Below, piece after piece: positions 6,973-8,177 of a DNA stretch of 8,177 bases. Below the pieces are notes generated by a model. That model searched no databases. It saw nothing but the letters and a program-made list of their open reading frames with translations, and had not been told where the DNA came from. A program made the position numbers and the translations under genes. The first letter of the stretch is position 1. Every line of letters starts with the position of its first letter. Origin of the DNA: Tubulanus polymorphus (Eukaryota > Animalia > Nemertea); NCBI RefSeq assembly GCF_964204645.1, contig NC_134026.1, positions 31,892,068-31,900,244 on the forward strand. Direction: 5' to 3'.

Positions 6973-7644
6973 AAACCTTGTTTAAACAATGTTAGTTATA
7001 AAATAACTTCTAAGCTAGGATCCTTTTTTACCCAAACATTGAAATAGGCACCTCATCATAAAAAGGTGCATTTAGCCATGCAAGCGAAGCATTTAAGCCT
7101 TTTCCCCAGAAAAGGTTGGTTAAAATATTAGGGTATAAAGGGGTTTCTTTGGCCTCTTTGCGGGCCTATTTGGGTTTATTTTTGAAAATTTCCTTTTTCA
7201 ATCTTTACCTTTCCCGACTTTTTGGAGGCCACATTCTAACTGAACCAGTATAACCGCCTCACTAGGTAACAGTACATCTATTGAACGCTAGATCAGTCAG
7301 TGCCACCAGAGTCAGGCTAACTAAGTATTGTTTTTATATAACCCCGTGTAATATAAACCTCGCTCAGGTAATATTATGATAAGCGGGTATTTTAGAGAAC
7401 TCTGTGTATTATAGATATGTAAGTAAGCCGCTGAGGGCAGCACGAACTCAGCTCACCGCGGGGAGTTCTTCATTAACTGTTTGTTTTCACAGTTCAAACA
7501 TCTTCATTTCTGCTATGATTTTTTTCTGCCCGATGATGAATAGAGTTTCTATTTAAAGATCGGCGCCCAATTACGCAGTCGTTACTTAAAAAGTCTTTAA
7601 ATGGTGTTTAGTCTTCTAAAGGTTGAAAAGCTGGTGTTAAGCAG

Positions 7645-7682
7645 TGAGATAAGATGAGACCGGTCTCTGCCGTCTTGTCTCA
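7645..7682. other. Inverted repeat / stem-loop (TGAGATAAGATG ... CGTCTTGTCTCA) overlapping the perfect palindrome GAGACCGGTCTC
   Basis: Seen: 12-bp arms with 10 Watson-Crick pairs and 2 G-T pairs; 12-bp palindrome at 7656-7667. Function unknown. Confidence 0.75.
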
Positions 7683-7717
7683 AAGGGAACGTTATCTGTT
7701 TCTAGTTTCTCATCCCA

Positions 7718-7755
7718 GAGTGATCTATCTGAGTGATCTATCTGAGTGATCTATC
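7718..7755. repeat. 13-bp tandem repeat GAGTGATCTATCT, about 3 perfect copies
   Basis: Seen: copies at 7718, 7731 and 7744 (the last is 12 bp). Confidence 0.95.
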
Positions 7756-7998
7756 ATACACCGGTTCAGAAATACCACAAATATCATATTGTGTAATACT
7801 GTTGATAAATGCAGTAGAATGTCTGATTAGTTAACAGCCAGCGGAACTGTTAGTAACATGTTCTGATAATTTCTTGTCTGGTTTCAAAGAACATACAGAT
7901 TCTATACATCTTCCTCTCGGGATAGGGATGATCATATTAGAGATTTGTTGTTTTTTTGGAAGAGTTGTTTCTTTATATTTTATGAGAAAGTCAGCCCG

Positions 7999-8177
7999 TA
8001 CCACCCCCCCCCCCTATACAACCCCTACCACCCCCTATACCACCCCTACCATCCCCCTATACCACCCCTACCACCTCTACCACCCCCTATACGACCCCTA
8101 CCACCCCCTATACCACCCTGGCCACCCCCTATACCACCCCGGCCACCCCTACCACCCCCTATACCACCAATACCACC
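7999..8177. repeat. C-rich tandem repeat, 9-bp base unit TACCACCCC and 21-bp higher-order unit TACCACCCC-TACCACCCCC-TA; runs to the window edge
   Basis: Seen: taccacccc and taccacccccta alternate, with scattered substitutions. Confidence 0.93.

Noticed and set aside
7096-7117. Hairpin CCTTTTC-CCCA-GAAAAGG as an intrinsic terminator
   Set aside because: No U-tract, no upstream gene, and a non-bacterial context.
7296-7306. Solo 11-bp match GTCAGTGCCAC to a 38-mer variant
   Set aside because: It does not extend meaningfully, and a match of this length is plausible by chance given the many variant words and several kb of sequence.
7656-7667. Back-to-back BsaI sites suggesting synthetic or vector sequence
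   Set aside because: No other vector features, and the sites are part of a larger natural-looking imperfect hairpin.
7999-8177. Telomeric repeat
   Set aside because: The unit is not a known canonical telomere motif and the array is heterogeneous.

Overview
Non-coding eukaryotic genomic DNA, most likely from an invertebrate animal (inferred from composition only). Roughly 45-50% of the window is tandem repeat from more than a dozen unrelated families, set in AT-rich unique sequence. The main arrays are an 8/24-bp repeat at the left edge, a 2.1-kb 38-bp minisatellite (56 units, with 331-bp higher-order periodicity), CT/CCCT and GA tracts, 10-, 60-, 31-, 28/18- and 13-bp minisatellites, (ATG)n and (TA)n microsatellites, and a C-rich 9/21-bp repeat at the right edge. 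No credible protein-coding gene, RNA gene, CRISPR array or autonomous transposon is visible. The supplied ORFs are repeat read-throughs or short chance ORFs. I found no convincing new biological system. The most interesting signals concern repeat evolution: variant units that perfect local palindromes, nascent higher-order repeats in most arrays, a motif shared in inverted orientation by two GC-rich arrays, and a hairpin plus CTAG|T that could be a Helitron-like 3' end.
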